A DNA stretch of 58,419 nt, taken from positions 1-58,419 of the IMG/VR virus record IMGVR_UViG_3300016471_000965; one strand, given 5' to 3'. The notes under the pieces were generated by a model, which searched no databases, was not told the origin of the DNA, and saw only the letters and a program-made list of their open reading frames with translations. The translations under genes were made by a program, and so were the position numbers. Shown here one piece after another: positions 1 through 9,777 of this stretch; the first letter of the stretch is position 1, and each line of letters starts with the position of its first letter. Source of the DNA: a virus (Duplodnaviria; Caudoviricetes).

Positions 1-28
1 GTTTTCCTGTGAGAATTAAAGGATAAAA

Positions 29-307
29 ATGAGCGGAGGAGCCATTCACCCACAATATTGCTACTATCAAGTAAACCAATTCGCGGATGAACTTGAGAAC
101 CGGGTGGAAAACAACACAACCCCAGATGAATACGGCGGTGCACCAGAACTTCCCCAAGAAATTCTCGATTACCTAAAAACACAAGTTTCTAACCTACGGA
201 AAATCTCCGAGGTGATGAGAGCAATTGATTACCTCTACGCAGGAGATCATAGCGAACTGAGCTTCATGAAAACCATCGGGAAAATCGAGGGGAAAACTAA
301 TCCATGA
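29..307 (+). CDS. hypothetical phage protein
   Basis: ORF 92 aa, AAGGA upstream, stop overlaps next start (ATGA). Confidence 0.6.
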   Translation: MSGGAIHPQYCYYQVNQFADELENRVENNTTPDEYGGAPELPQEILDYLKTQVSNLRKISEVMRAIDYLYAGDHSELSFMKTIGKIEGKTNP

Positions 308-492
308 AAATCGGAGATCTTGTTTCGATCAAAAAATCTAACGCGTTTCACCAACTCGGCCTCGGGATCATCCTAGAACTTCACGCCGAACCCGATAGAA
401 CCTACTGCGATGTGTTCTTCCCAGATAACGGCGAAACCTACGGGATCTTCGATAGAGATCTAGAAAAACTTTCGGAACTGCACAAAAGGTAA
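304..492 (+). CDS. small SH3/KOW-like beta-barrel protein
   Basis: MKIGDLV...GIIL pattern shared with neighbours. Confidence 0.6.
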   Translation: MKIGDLVSIKKSNAFHQLGLGIILELHAEPDRTYCDVFFPDNGETYGIFDRDLEKLSELHKR

Positions 493-508
493 CCCACATT
501 TACCTTTC

Positions 509-544
509 GTGCAAATTCACCCAGAAGCGGTGTAGTATATTATC
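509..544 (+). promoter_or_regulatory. class I promoter (GTGCAA-N18-TAGTAT-N6-ATG), predicted leaderless
   Basis: same geometry as the cassettes at 34.7-56.5 kb; ATG at 545. Confidence 0.75.
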
Positions 545-826
545 ATGAAGCCCGGCCAACCCAGGAGGTTTCGTAGAGGAAATTTGGTGACGGTGGAACC
601 ACCACCTCCAAAGGCTTTCGACATGCCTGACCTCCTCGCCGTGTGGGACCAACCTCCCACGGTCAAGAACCCACGGATCATCGGTCACCTGAAAAAGGAT
701 GACGTCATCATCGTGGTCGATACCAGGAACATCGACCAGCACATCCAATATTCAAAGGTCTTCTCGGCGCGACGCGGGACCCTGGGCTGGGCAAATTCGA
801 AGTTCCTCAAGAGGGTTCAAAGATGA
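545..826 (+). CDS. small SH3-like hypothetical protein
   Basis: ORF after class I promoter; FRRGNLV...GTLGW. Confidence 0.65.
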   Translation: MKPGQPRRFRRGNLVTVEPPPPKAFDMPDLLAVWDQPPTVKNPRIIGHLKKDDVIIVVDTRNIDQHIQYSKVFSARRGTLGWANSKFLKRVQR

Positions 827-1032
827 ACCTTAACCCAGGTGACCTGTGTCGCGTCCGGATCGATTACGTGAAGAAAAAGTACGATTTCATCGGCGTTTTT
901 CTCGGTGCCGACGCGAAACGCTACCCGTGGTACAACATTCGGTTCCTGCACCCCAACGGTGGGACCCAGGTCTTCGCGCTCCTGAAAAGCGAGATAAAAC
1001 AATCCGTAGAGGTCGTCCATGAAACCCGGTGA
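823..1032 (+). CDS. small SH3/KOW-like protein
   Basis: LNPGDLC; overlapping start/stop. Confidence 0.6.
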   Translation: MNLNPGDLCRVRIDYVKKKYDFIGVFLGADAKRYPWYNIRFLHPNGGTQVFALLKSEIKQSVEVVHETR

Positions 1033-1309
1033 CATGGTGTCACTACGGAAGGACTTCGTGGCCATCCACGTGGTCTCGGATGAACTTGAGGCCACGCGGG
1101 GCGGTGACCTCACCGACCTCACGTTCGGCAACCTTTGCGAGATCCAGTCCTTCCGGCGCGGAGACACAGGAATCGTGGTTGAATTTAGCACCGAACGTCC
1201 CCACCGCGTCAAGATCCTCTACCGGTCCGGCGTCTGGTGGGGCAACTCTGCATCGTTTTCAGTGGTGAATCCGGCGGGACCGCCGTGGGAGGGGAGGCAC
1301 GCGACGTGA
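1019..1309 (+). CDS. small SH3/KOW-like protein
   Basis: MKPGDMV...GDTGIVV; GAGGT upstream. Confidence 0.6.
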   Translation: MKPGDMVSLRKDFVAIHVVSDELEATRGGDLTDLTFGNLCEIQSFRRGDTGIVVEFSTERPHRVKILYRSGVWWGNSASFSVVNPAGPPWEGRHAT

Positions 1310-1545
1310 GCTGGAACTACAGGATCATACGGCGGCGCTTCACGGACCATGTTTCTTACCAGATCCACGAGGTCTACTACAGGCCCGACGGGACGATCGA
1401 GGGATGGACAGAAAATCCCATAACTCCGGGCGGTGAAACCCCTGAGGAATTAAAGCAAGATTTTTCTAGGCAACTCCTGGCCTTCGAGAGCCCGGTCCTG
1501 GACGCCGACGACATACTATCGCAGGAGAGCGGTGAAAAAAGGTGA
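1306..1545 (+). CDS. hypothetical phage protein (WNYRII...IHEVYY type)
   Basis: GTG start overlapping previous stop, GGAGG upstream; motif recalled from phage hypotheticals. Confidence 0.65.
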   Translation: MSWNYRIIRRRFTDHVSYQIHEVYYRPDGTIEGWTENPITPGGETPEELKQDFSRQLLAFESPVLDADDILSQESGEKR

Positions 1546-1756
1546 CCTCGTCCACTTCGAGTACCTCACTCGGCACTACAACGGCGTCGGTTGGGAATAC
1601 CATAAGGGAGTCGGGATCATCGTGGGCTACAATCCAGAGAATGATTCATACAGGATAATGACCGAGAGCGGTTCCGTGGTGGAAAGGCTGGACATGCAGA
1701 TCGATGTGATATCATCCGGCAAGGGCTCGACACGTGAAGAAAGAGACAAAGGTTAA
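1532..1756 (+). CDS. small SH3/KOW-like protein
   Basis: MKKGDLV...GVGIIV; AGGAG upstream. Confidence 0.6.
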   Translation: MKKGDLVHFEYLTRHYNGVGWEYHKGVGIIVGYNPENDSYRIMTESGSVVERLDMQIDVISSGKGSTREERDKG

Positions 1757-2003
1757 ACCCGGGACCCTCGTCAAGATCCGGGCCGGCCTCGAGGACGATC
1801 CAAAGTACCAACGGAACCCGTGGAATGACGATGCCCGCTACTTCCTGCGTGATCCAGAGACTTTGGGGATGCTGCCGGACACCTGGGCGGTGCCCGGAGA
1901 ACCGTGCATCGTTGTCGACCAGGACCTGATCGGAGTCGTCATTCTAACTCCCCGGGGCAAAATCGGGTGGATAGGCAAGGAAAAAGTCGAGGTGGTGAAG
2001 TGA
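1734..2003 (+). CDS. small SH3-like protein
   Basis: VKPGTLVKI...GKIGWI. Confidence 0.6.
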   Translation: MKKETKVKPGTLVKIRAGLEDDPKYQRNPWNDDARYFLRDPETLGMLPDTWAVPGEPCIVVDQDLIGVVILTPRGKIGWIGKEKVEVVK

Positions 2004-2221
2004 AAAAAGCGTATCTTGCAGTGAAAGGATTGCTTAAAGATAATAGTGATGTTGTCATAGACATTTTGGGTATTTTTGAATTTGAAAATGACGCAATTCA
2101 GCGATGCTTGAGTCAAAAAAGTTGCACGCGTTCCTGTTGGAGGAGAACCCCCGAAGATAAAAATCGCTGGGAAAATGGATCAGGAATGTACGTCTCAGTC
2201 ACAGAACACGTTATTGAATGA
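2000..2221 (+). CDS. hypothetical protein
   Basis: GTGA-coupled start; 3' part of ORF 1904..2221. Confidence 0.5.
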   Translation: MKKAYLAVKGLLKDNSDVVIDILGIFEFENDAIQRCLSQKSCTRSCWRRTPEDKNRWENGSGMYVSVTEHVIE

Positions 2222-2286
2222 TGTTAAAGAACATTCTTTAAAAACGGTATATGATTGATAATCACTTACATAAAAGGAAAAAACAC

Positions 2287-2487
2287 ATGTCAGAGCATAC
2301 AACACAAGTTGATCCTAGAAACGTTCTTTGCAGGGTTGTAGATGTTAATTCAGCAATACAAGATGCATTTCAAAAATTCGTTAATTCTGAAAAAAAATCT
2401 TTAGATGAGTTAGCTGAAGTGCTTAGGGAAGAGTTGTCTCAAATTGAGTTTTTTGCTCCGTCTGATACATCTGGTACACAAGAGTGA
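2287..2487 (+). CDS. hypothetical protein
   Basis: AAGGA upstream of ATG 2287. Confidence 0.55.
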   Translation: MSEHTTQVDPRNVLCRVVDVNSAIQDAFQKFVNSEKKSLDELAEVLREELSQIEFFAPSDTSGTQE

Positions 2488-2521
2488 TCATCGAAAAATT
2501 TCGATTGTGACGAGGATTAAA

Positions 2522-2932
2522 ATGGCAAAATTAAAAAAACACAACCGAAAAAGTAATGATCCTTACTCAGAGTATAACCTTGAAAAGTTTCTGGATTTAG
2601 AACCAGATCAACTTGTTTTAGAGTTGAAAGCACTTATTGATTCACTTAAATCTGAAACAGGTAAAAGATCAACTTTTTATCCCGAGGTTGGAACCGCATT
2701 CTTAGACACAACAAACGGTAATCATTTAATGATCGTTGAATCAAAGAATGATTTATCTGTCATGTCTGACGTTAATGAAGGTTATGTTTCATTTCGTTGT
2801 CCAATGAGAGGATCTAAAGATTTTCCAAATTGGTTAAAATCTTTGAAAGATGGAACAATAGATGTTGTTTGGTGTCCCGTAGTTGGTAGAGTTCAAAGTA
2901 ATGATCACTATATGACAAGTTGGGATTTGTGA
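2522..2932 (+). CDS. hypothetical protein
   Basis: GAGGA upstream of ATG 2522. Confidence 0.6.
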   Translation: MAKLKKHNRKSNDPYSEYNLEKFLDLEPDQLVLELKALIDSLKSETGKRSTFYPEVGTAFLDTTNGNHLMIVESKNDLSVMSDVNEGYVSFRCPMRGSKDFPNWLKSLKDGTIDVVWCPVVGRVQSNDHYMTSWDL

Positions 2933-2961
2933 AGGTGAGCATGATTTCTAATGAAATTGGG

Positions 2962-3150
2962 ATGAAATGTACCGTGAAACTTGATGCATATAGGATCATT
3001 AGTGACGCAGTTGACATTGGAATATGTTCTGGTTGGAACAGGGCACACAAGCACACAGAAACTCCCAGTCAACAACATATCATTGATGAAATTCATAAAA
3101 GTATCATGAATCAATTGTGTGAAATTTTAAAGTTTGATGACGAAGAATGA
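2962..3150 (+). CDS. hypothetical phage protein
   Basis: ORF with GWNRAHKH motif; start uncertain. Confidence 0.5.
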   Translation: MKCTVKLDAYRIISDAVDIGICSGWNRAHKHTETPSQQHIIDEIHKSIMNQLCEILKFDDEE

Positions 3151-3298
3151 AATTCATCGGAATTAAAAACTTACAAGCCTATAAGTCAATATCAACATTG
3201 ATTCTTTTTTTTGTCATCATCATTTTTCTTTCATTAATACACAATTGTTAATTTACGGTGTAAATGTTATTGATGCTTGTATAGTATGAAATCATAAC

Positions 3299-3373
3299 CC
3301 GCCTGTACCGCCGGTTGCGGTAGGAGTTCTTATAAAGCTCCGTTGCCTGGTTCAACTCCAGGCAGGCGGACCA
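3299..3373 (+). tRNA. tRNA-Ile(UAU), atypical D-arm
   Basis: acceptor CCGCCTG/CAGGCGG + ACCA; anticodon loop CTTATAA; T-arm CCTGG-TTCAACT-CCAGG; class I promoter GTGTAA-N18-TAGTAT at 3258. Confidence 0.8.
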
Positions 3374-3379
3374 CAGAAA

Positions 3380-3703
3380 ATGAATATTCAACTAAATCCT
3401 GACCAATTGTTGGTTCTCTACAATCTTGTCACAACATCAGCATCTGAAACAAAGATTGGATCTCAAAAACAAAATCTTTTATTGATTAAAACAAAAATTG
3501 AAGAGGTGATGAAGGATGCGCTTGATAAAGCATTTTTACTTGAAAACAAGGAAAAAATGTCAAGTTGGTTCAAACAAGAGGAACAAAGAATCGATGATCT
3601 CAAGGCTGATCTACAAAAAATCAAGACAACGGCTGTCTCTAAAAATAGTATTGAAAACAATCACACCATAGATGATGGTTTACATTTTCCACCACAAGTT
3701 TGA
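3380..3703 (+). CDS. hypothetical coiled-coil protein
   Basis: ORF 107 aa directly after the tRNA. Confidence 0.6.
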   Translation: MNIQLNPDQLLVLYNLVTTSASETKIGSQKQNLLLIKTKIEEVMKDALDKAFLLENKEKMSSWFKQEEQRIDDLKADLQKIKTTAVSKNSIENNHTIDDGLHFPPQV

Positions 3704-3719
3704 TGTATAAAATACATCT

Positions 3720-5027
3720 GTGTTAGTATCAATCTTTACTCCTACAAATAATACAACGTGGTTGTCTGAGGCGTGGAATTCAATATCTGATCAAGAAGTT
3801 CCTTTTGAATGGATCATTGGCGTCAACGGTGATGTTGATATTACAAAAATTCCATTTGACAATAGAATAAGGATCATCCATACCGGCGAATGGAATGGCG
3901 TTGGTGATGCAAAAAGAAAATTATGCCTTGAGGCAAAAGGTGATATACTTCTTGAATTAGATCACGATGACATTCTTGCCGAAGGTTGTTTACGCGAGCT
4001 AGTAAATGCATTTGATGATCCAGAAGTAGGATTCGTTTATTCAGATTGTGCAGAATGGATTGATGCAACAGGTGAATCGTTTACCTATAGTGTTGATTAC
4101 GGATGGGAATCATACCCTTGTGAAATTAGAGGAAAAAACCTGTTAGCAACTAAATCATTTCCTCCTTCCGCAAGAGCAATTTGTCAAATTCTTTACGCAC
4201 CAAATCATTTAAGAGCGTGGAGAAAGACAGTTTATGAATCACTTGGTGGACACGATCCTTCACTAAATGTTGCAGATGACTTGGACCTTATAGCGAGAAG
4301 TTATCTTGCAACGAAGTTTAAATGGATTGAAAAACCGCTATATGGTTATCGCCGTCGCGCTGACGGCGAAAACACTTGGTTAAAAAACTGCGCCGAAATA
4401 CAGGCACTTTGTGGACAAGGTGCGGATTCTTCGTTACCTGCAGAGTCTCAACCAATGTCTCTTAGGGACAAATACCTCCATAAACTTGTAGAAAGGGAGT
4501 GTGACCTATCAGGTCTTCCCATGGTTGACATAGGTGGGGGTATCTTTGGAGCACCAGGTTGGCTTACGATTGACATATCAGGTGATCCCCATATTCAACA
4601 TGATATTTTTGGAACAAAAAAACTTCCTTTTGAAGACAATTCTGTTGGAGCGTTTAGGGCATTTGATTTTTTAGAGCACGGTGAGGACATCGATGCTTTT
4701 TGGTTCATGGATGAGATTTATAGATGCCTTGTTCCCGGTGGATGGTTTCTTTCATACACACCACATGCACTAGGTATTGGAGCATCATGTGACCCATCTC
4801 ATCGTTCTAGGTGGGATGAAAGACGATTTTTATACTGGTGTCATAGAGGATTACGTCCCTTTCTGCAATCGGCATATCCCTCAGCAACAGCAAAATTTCA
4901 AGCTGTTAGATTGTATAAGGAAATAAGGACAATGGGTCCTTATCCCTACAACTATGAAGTTCCTTACGTCGTTGCTGACCTTTGTGCACTAAAGGGACAA
5001 AGACAACCAGGTGCTAAATACATTTGA
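3720..5027 (+). CDS. family 2 glycosyltransferase fused to SAM-dependent methyltransferase-like domain
   Basis: VSIFTPT...ELDHDD (GT-A DxD), GGHD..DDLDL; C-terminal DIGGG...LPFEDNSV...DFLEH...IYRCLVPGG. Confidence 0.85.
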   Translation: MLVSIFTPTNNTTWLSEAWNSISDQEVPFEWIIGVNGDVDITKIPFDNRIRIIHTGEWNGVGDAKRKLCLEAKGDILLELDHDDILAEGCLRELVNAFDDPEVGFVYSDCAEWIDATGESFTYSVDYGWESYPCEIRGKNLLATKSFPPSARAICQILYAPNHLRAWRKTVYESLGGHDPSLNVADDLDLIARSYLATKFKWIEKPLYGYRRRADGENTWLKNCAEIQALCGQGADSSLPAESQPMSLRDKYLHKLVERECDLSGLPMVDIGGGIFGAPGWLTIDISGDPHIQHDIFGTKKLPFEDNSVGAFRAFDFLEHGEDIDAFWFMDEIYRCLVPGGWFLSYTPHALGIGASCDPSHRSRWDERRFLYWCHRGLRPFLQSAYPSATAKFQAVRLYKEIRTMGPYPYNYEVPYVVADLCALKGQRQPGAKYI

Positions 5028-5167
5028 TTCTATTATGACGATTAAGGGTATTATTGTGTTTGTGCTTCTAGCAACGCCGTGGAGCTTCGTCATACCGGGT
5101 TTTGCGTATGTGTATGGACGCTTTAAGAATAAGTCTACGAAACGAGTTTGACATAGGATTAAATATA

Positions 5168-5200
5168 AAAATCAGGCCGAGTTAACCCCGGCCTGATTTA
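5168..5200. terminator. bidirectional intrinsic terminator
   Basis: ATCAGGCCG/CGGCCTGAT stem with A/T flanks, between convergent genes. Confidence 0.7.
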
Positions 5201-5221
5201 TCAAGATTTATTTAGATGCGA

Positions 5222-7156
5222 TCAAGAATCTCTCCACAAATTATTTGCGGCAAAAACTAGGACCTCCTCAGCGGATTCTGGAGAATATGAATATTCGCGA
5301 ATAAGCGTCTCGACCATCTCGCTGTATTTCTTCTGTTGATCCTCGTCACGAGTCTTGGACTTGGTGACGATGCGGGCCATTGACCGCACCGAAGAGATCA
5401 AGTAAGATTCAATAGCGTTCTTGAGGGGTTCGTAGGTCTTGAAAGAGACCTTCTCACCGCGTCTCATCTTCGCGAACATGTAGGCGGTGACGTCGGAACG
5501 GAATCCGTCTCGAGCCGAGCCAGTGACTCCGATTTGCTCTTCGATCGATGACATGAACATCTCGTCTGGCTTTCGCTCTTCCTTTGTGACTCTATCCTTG
5601 AGCTTTGCGCGAGTTGTATAAGCCTCTGCATTATCAAGATAAGAATCAAACAGAGCTTGAGCCTGTTCTTCGTACGCCGAGATAAACGCCTTGGCGATCT
5701 CATTCTCGAGTATCTTTAAGTATTCCTCGCGGATCGTCTTCTGGAGAAGCTCAAGACACTTGGTCTTGAATTGTTCATCGATGAGTTGTTCCTTGACCAT
5801 CCTCGTGAGAGAGTCCATGACAGAGATCGGTGTGATCATGCTCTTGTCAGAGGCCGTCAACGCGTTGTCGAGCGCCTTGGTGATGAAGCGCGTGGAGATT
5901 CCATCCATACCCTCATGCTTCGCCTCTTCGCGGAGGTCCTTGATGTCGACCTTGCGGACTCGGCCCTTCTCGAGGACCTCCTCACCATTGTAAATCTTCA
6001 TCTTCGTGAGAAGATCGCACTTGGCAGATTCCTTGAGACGGCTCATGATAGAGAACATGGAAGCGATCTTGAGAGTGTGAGGAGCGATGTGGGCCTTGAA
6101 ATCAGACTTGCCCAACATCTTCTCGTAGATCTTCACTTCCTGGTTTAATTCGAGACAGTAAGGAACGGAGATCTTCACGATGCGGTCCATGATGGCTTCG
6201 TTGGTATGTTCCGATTGGAAGCGATTCCACTCGGCCTCGTTGCAGTGTGCGAGGATAACGCCGTCGAAATGTAACATGTCTGACTTGCCAGGAGACGGGA
6301 CGCGCTTTTCCTGGGTGGCGGTGATGATGGTATGGAGGAACTCGATCTCGTTCTTGAATACCTCGACGAGCTCGACGACACCACGGTTACCAACGTTGAA
6401 TGCACCGTTCAGTGAGAGTGAACGTGGATCATCCTCGGCAAACTTGTCGAGCTTCGAGATGTCGACAGAGCCGATGAGGACCGAGACGTCCTGGCTGTTT
6501 GCATCCATCGGAGGGACAGAGGCAACGCCACGACGACCGCGCTGTGAGAATGTTATTTCCTCAACCTCAAAGTCTTCATACTTACCTTCATAGTCATTAA
6601 GAAGTTTATGACGTGCAACGGGGGATATATCTCCATCAATCTTTACGTTGAGAGATGATTCCACCGAAGATCGTAATGAACGGGGGATGAGCTGGAGGGG
6701 TTCGCCACGGTGCGGGTCTCCCTTGAGGGTGTAGTACTTCTTTCCTTCAAGGGCCTTTTTGATGTGCTCTGTTAGCGCAGACTTACCGGCGCCGACAGGA
6801 CCCATGAGAAGGAGAACCTGACGAGACTCCTCACCCTTGTGAGCAGCAGAAGACAAGAAGCTCATGACCTTCTCGATGACCGTCTCCATTCCAAAGAACT
6901 CCCCCTCGAAGTACTTGTGGATCTTGATGTTCTCACCGTCGAACACCTTGAACTTACGCGAATCAGAATCTGGCATCACGTAGGAGCCGTGTTCTTCAAT
7001 CGCGTCGTGAAGACGCTTATGGGCGGACTTGACAATTGAAGGGTCTTTTTCGACCATTTCAACGTAATCCATTAGGGTACCGGAGAATTTTTTAGTTTTT
7101 CCAGATTCTTCGCGTTGGGCCTTGATCTGTTGGAGGAGTTTCTTTTTGATGCTCAT
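5222..7156 (-). CDS. prkA: PrkA/YeaG family serine protein kinase / AAA+ protein
   Basis: 644 aa; Walker A GPVGAGKS; NRGVVELVEVFKN; next to spoVR and yeaH. Confidence 0.93.
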   Translation of the reverse strand: MSIKKKLLQQIKAQREESGKTKKFSGTLMDYVEMVEKDPSIVKSAHKRLHDAIEEHGSYVMPDSDSRKFKVFDGENIKIHKYFEGEFFGMETVIEKVMSFLSSAAHKGEESRQVLLLMGPVGAGKSALTEHIKKALEGKKYYTLKGDPHRGEPLQLIPRSLRSSVESSLNVKIDGDISPVARHKLLNDYEGKYEDFEVEEITFSQRGRRGVASVPPMDANSQDVSVLIGSVDISKLDKFAEDDPRSLSLNGAFNVGNRGVVELVEVFKNEIEFLHTIITATQEKRVPSPGKSDMLHFDGVILAHCNEAEWNRFQSEHTNEAIMDRIVKISVPYCLELNQEVKIYEKMLGKSDFKAHIAPHTLKIASMFSIMSRLKESAKCDLLTKMKIYNGEEVLEKGRVRKVDIKDLREEAKHEGMDGISTRFITKALDNALTASDKSMITPISVMDSLTRMVKEQLIDEQFKTKCLELLQKTIREEYLKILENEIAKAFISAYEEQAQALFDSYLDNAEAYTTRAKLKDRVTKEERKPDEMFMSSIEEQIGVTGSARDGFRSDVTAYMFAKMRRGEKVSFKTYEPLKNAIESYLISSVRSMARIVTKSKTRDEDQQKKYSEMVETLIREYSYSPESAEEVLVFAANNLWRDS

Positions 7157-7188
7157 AATTTTATATGTATTTCCTTTTGGCGTTGAAG

Positions 7189-8496
7189 TTAATCAATTTC
7201 CCATGGTTCTTCTTCAATCATTGTATAAAATCTAACTTGTCCATCCCAGAGATGTTTGATGTGTTCAACAACCTCTTTTGCGTGTTTTAATTCAAGATCT
7301 CTGCCGTCGTGTTCGTGTCTTACCGTTAACATTCCATCTTTTTTTAATTCATCTACATAAACAACCGGTATTGAGCCACCGGCAACTTGGGATATGAGAT
7401 CTTCTTTTACTTGTTTCCATCCAATTTCGTCAGAAACGTCATCGATCGTTGTCCCCAGCTTTTTCTTTGATGAATAAGAGAACAAATTTAATTCAACACA
7501 ATCTTCTTCAGTAAGATACTGCCTTAAGAAAGATGCATCATAACAAACTTCTCTTGCCAGGAAGCATTCTTCAATACCGTGACGTTCCTTGATTTTCTGG
7601 AATAGGTGAAATCCCAAATGATACGGATTAATTGCACCGATATGCGGCCTGACAACGGCATTGTGCATTTTGATAATTGGAAGGTGTAGACTATCGGGTA
7701 ATTCTAATTCATGGCACAATGTGTAATGCCAATACGAAGCCCAACCTTCATTCATGATTTTTGTTTGAATCTGTGGCCAAAAGTACTGACCTTCGTCTCG
7801 ACATACGTGGATGATGTCTTTTTTCCAATCTGGTATTTTTGCATTTTCTTCAATGAACCCAAGAAGATCATAATCTGGTTCGATAGGATACGTGTCTAGA
7901 TTGAAATTTTTGTAACGCCCATCTTTGTCGTTGTTAACAAGTTGTACGTATTCCGCTTTTATTTCCGCGTGTGGACGCCTGACCTGACCGTATTTCGTTG
8001 TTTGAAACTGCAATGCTTGGCATGCATCGATCGTCCTCTCAACTGCGTCGATACCGATGTGTTGATCCTCGACATAACTCTGGATCCTTTTCTTTGCTGA
8101 ACGTAACCTTTGGATCACGGAGTCAGGTCGAGTGTTTTGAAACATTCTGTTGTTTTTGAAGAAGTCTGAGTGTCCGACGCAGTGCGCCATGATGAGTATC
8201 TGGAGGTACAGCGGATTTTCCCGCATAAGATAAGCCAAGGAAGGATTACTGTTGATGATGAGTTCGTAAGGAAGACCCTCCATACCAACGTTATAACGGT
8301 TCATCGTTTGTTCAAATGACTTACCGAAAGACCAATGAGAATACATGGATGGCATGCCGTGGTGGACCATCGCTCCAATCATCTCATGGTAATCGACCAC
8401 CTCATAATCAAGCTCGAACCAATCGAGGTTGTTCTTCTTGGCCAGCTCGACAATTTTCTCGTCCCAAACCTTGAGATCTTCTAGTTTGTAATCCAT
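7189..8496 (-). CDS. spoVR: SpoVR/YcgB family protein
   Basis: HWSFGK, YELIINSNP, AHCVGHSDFFKNN, QTKIMNEGWASYWH; GGAGG before ATG 8496. Confidence 0.93.
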   Translation of the reverse strand: MDYKLEDLKVWDEKIVELAKKNNLDWFELDYEVVDYHEMIGAMVHHGMPSMYSHWSFGKSFEQTMNRYNVGMEGLPYELIINSNPSLAYLMRENPLYLQILIMAHCVGHSDFFKNNRMFQNTRPDSVIQRLRSAKKRIQSYVEDQHIGIDAVERTIDACQALQFQTTKYGQVRRPHAEIKAEYVQLVNNDKDGRYKNFNLDTYPIEPDYDLLGFIEENAKIPDWKKDIIHVCRDEGQYFWPQIQTKIMNEGWASYWHYTLCHELELPDSLHLPIIKMHNAVVRPHIGAINPYHLGFHLFQKIKERHGIEECFLAREVCYDASFLRQYLTEEDCVELNLFSYSSKKKLGTTIDDVSDEIGWKQVKEDLISQVAGGSIPVVYVDELKKDGMLTVRHEHDGRDLELKHAKEVVEHIKHLWDGQVRFYTMIEEEPWEID

Positions 8497-8497
8497 G

Positions 8498-9664
8498 TCA
8501 ATCCTCCACTTGAGTTCCACCCATTAGACTCAAGAAAGCCGGCCACACATCCTCGCGTTTGTTAATCCTGACTTCTTTCATTTTATTTCCTTGAATGGGA
8601 CGTAAAAGTTGGAACAGCTTTCCTGGATCAGACATCCAACTCGTCTCTGGCTCAATCTCGCAGTACCCGTACAGCTGGGCCACGGACGTGATTTTTCTTG
8701 CTTCTTCCAGAAACTTTTCATTATCATCTGAGAAGTTGTCTCCGTCTGAGCACTGGAACAAGTAGATGTTCCATGATGAAGGGTGGAATCTCTTGGCTAT
8801 GATGTCGTTAGCTAGAACCAGAGCGCTTGATGCTCGAGTACCTCCCGTCGAAGCCTTTTCAAAGAATTCTTTTTCTTCGACCTCTTTCGCTTCGGTGTCG
8901 TGAGATATAAAGACTATTTCAATCGTCTCGTATTTTAGACGGAGGAATTGATACAGCAGGAAGAAGAAGGATCGAGCAAGGAATTTCTTTTCCTGTGACA
9001 TTGATCCCGAGACGTCCATCACAAAGAAGATGACTGCATTCGTGCACGGCTTCTTTTTCATCTTGTAATGACGATACATGAGATCGTCTTCGTGGAAAGA
9101 AAACGTCTCACCTTCCTCGGCTTTTTCTGGATCGAATCCCGCAGCCTTCATGCGCTTGATCCGAGCGATCGCAGACTTTTTCCTGTCCAGCCGCGGCATG
9201 ATACCCTGGGGACGATAACCCTTACGCTTAAGCTTTTCGGTGTCAATGTTGCTGAGTTGTCGACGTTGTAGCTCAGGCAATTTTAATTCAGCAAAGAGAT
9301 ACTCCGCCAGTTCTTCATGAGTAATCTCAACGTCATAATATTCTTCACCCTTGTCTCCGCTTGCTTTATTAGGCTGTCCTTGATCAGGCTGTTGTTGGGG
9401 ATCACCTATTTTTTGATCTCTTTTGACATCTTTACCGGGAGCTGACCCAACCTGTTTTCCATTGTTTCCATAGATGAATCTATACTCCTTAATTCCTCTT
9501 ACGGGTATACGATATTTTTGTTTTCCATCCTGACCGATTATGCTTTCATCTGCAACAATGTGGTGTATTCCTTCACGAATCGCCTTCTCTATTTTTTGCT
9601 TGTGACGGCGCCTATCCGTCGCAGTTCGATCTGCAACAGTTTTATGTTCGCGGAAAATGCTCAT
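8498..9664 (-). CDS. yeaH: YeaH/YhbH (DUF444) family vWA protein
   Basis: DRRRH, MDVSGSM (MIDAS), TGGT..SSAL, WNIY..CSDGDN. Confidence 0.92.
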   Translation of the reverse strand: MSIFREHKTVADRTATDRRRHKQKIEKAIREGIHHIVADESIIGQDGKQKYRIPVRGIKEYRFIYGNNGKQVGSAPGKDVKRDQKIGDPQQQPDQGQPNKASGDKGEEYYDVEITHEELAEYLFAELKLPELQRRQLSNIDTEKLKRKGYRPQGIMPRLDRKKSAIARIKRMKAAGFDPEKAEEGETFSFHEDDLMYRHYKMKKKPCTNAVIFFVMDVSGSMSQEKKFLARSFFFLLYQFLRLKYETIEIVFISHDTEAKEVEEKEFFEKASTGGTRASSALVLANDIIAKRFHPSSWNIYLFQCSDGDNFSDDNEKFLEEARKITSVAQLYGYCEIEPETSWMSDPGKLFQLLRPIQGNKMKEVRINKREDVWPAFLSLMGGTQVED

Positions 9665-9777
9665 GTTATGCTCTTATTATAAGTAATTAAAAGAATTTGG
9701 ATATCACATAAAAAGATATTACGCCATTGATTCACCACGGTGCAAAGTTTTAAAAATTTTTTTTATGTTTGTGTTAT

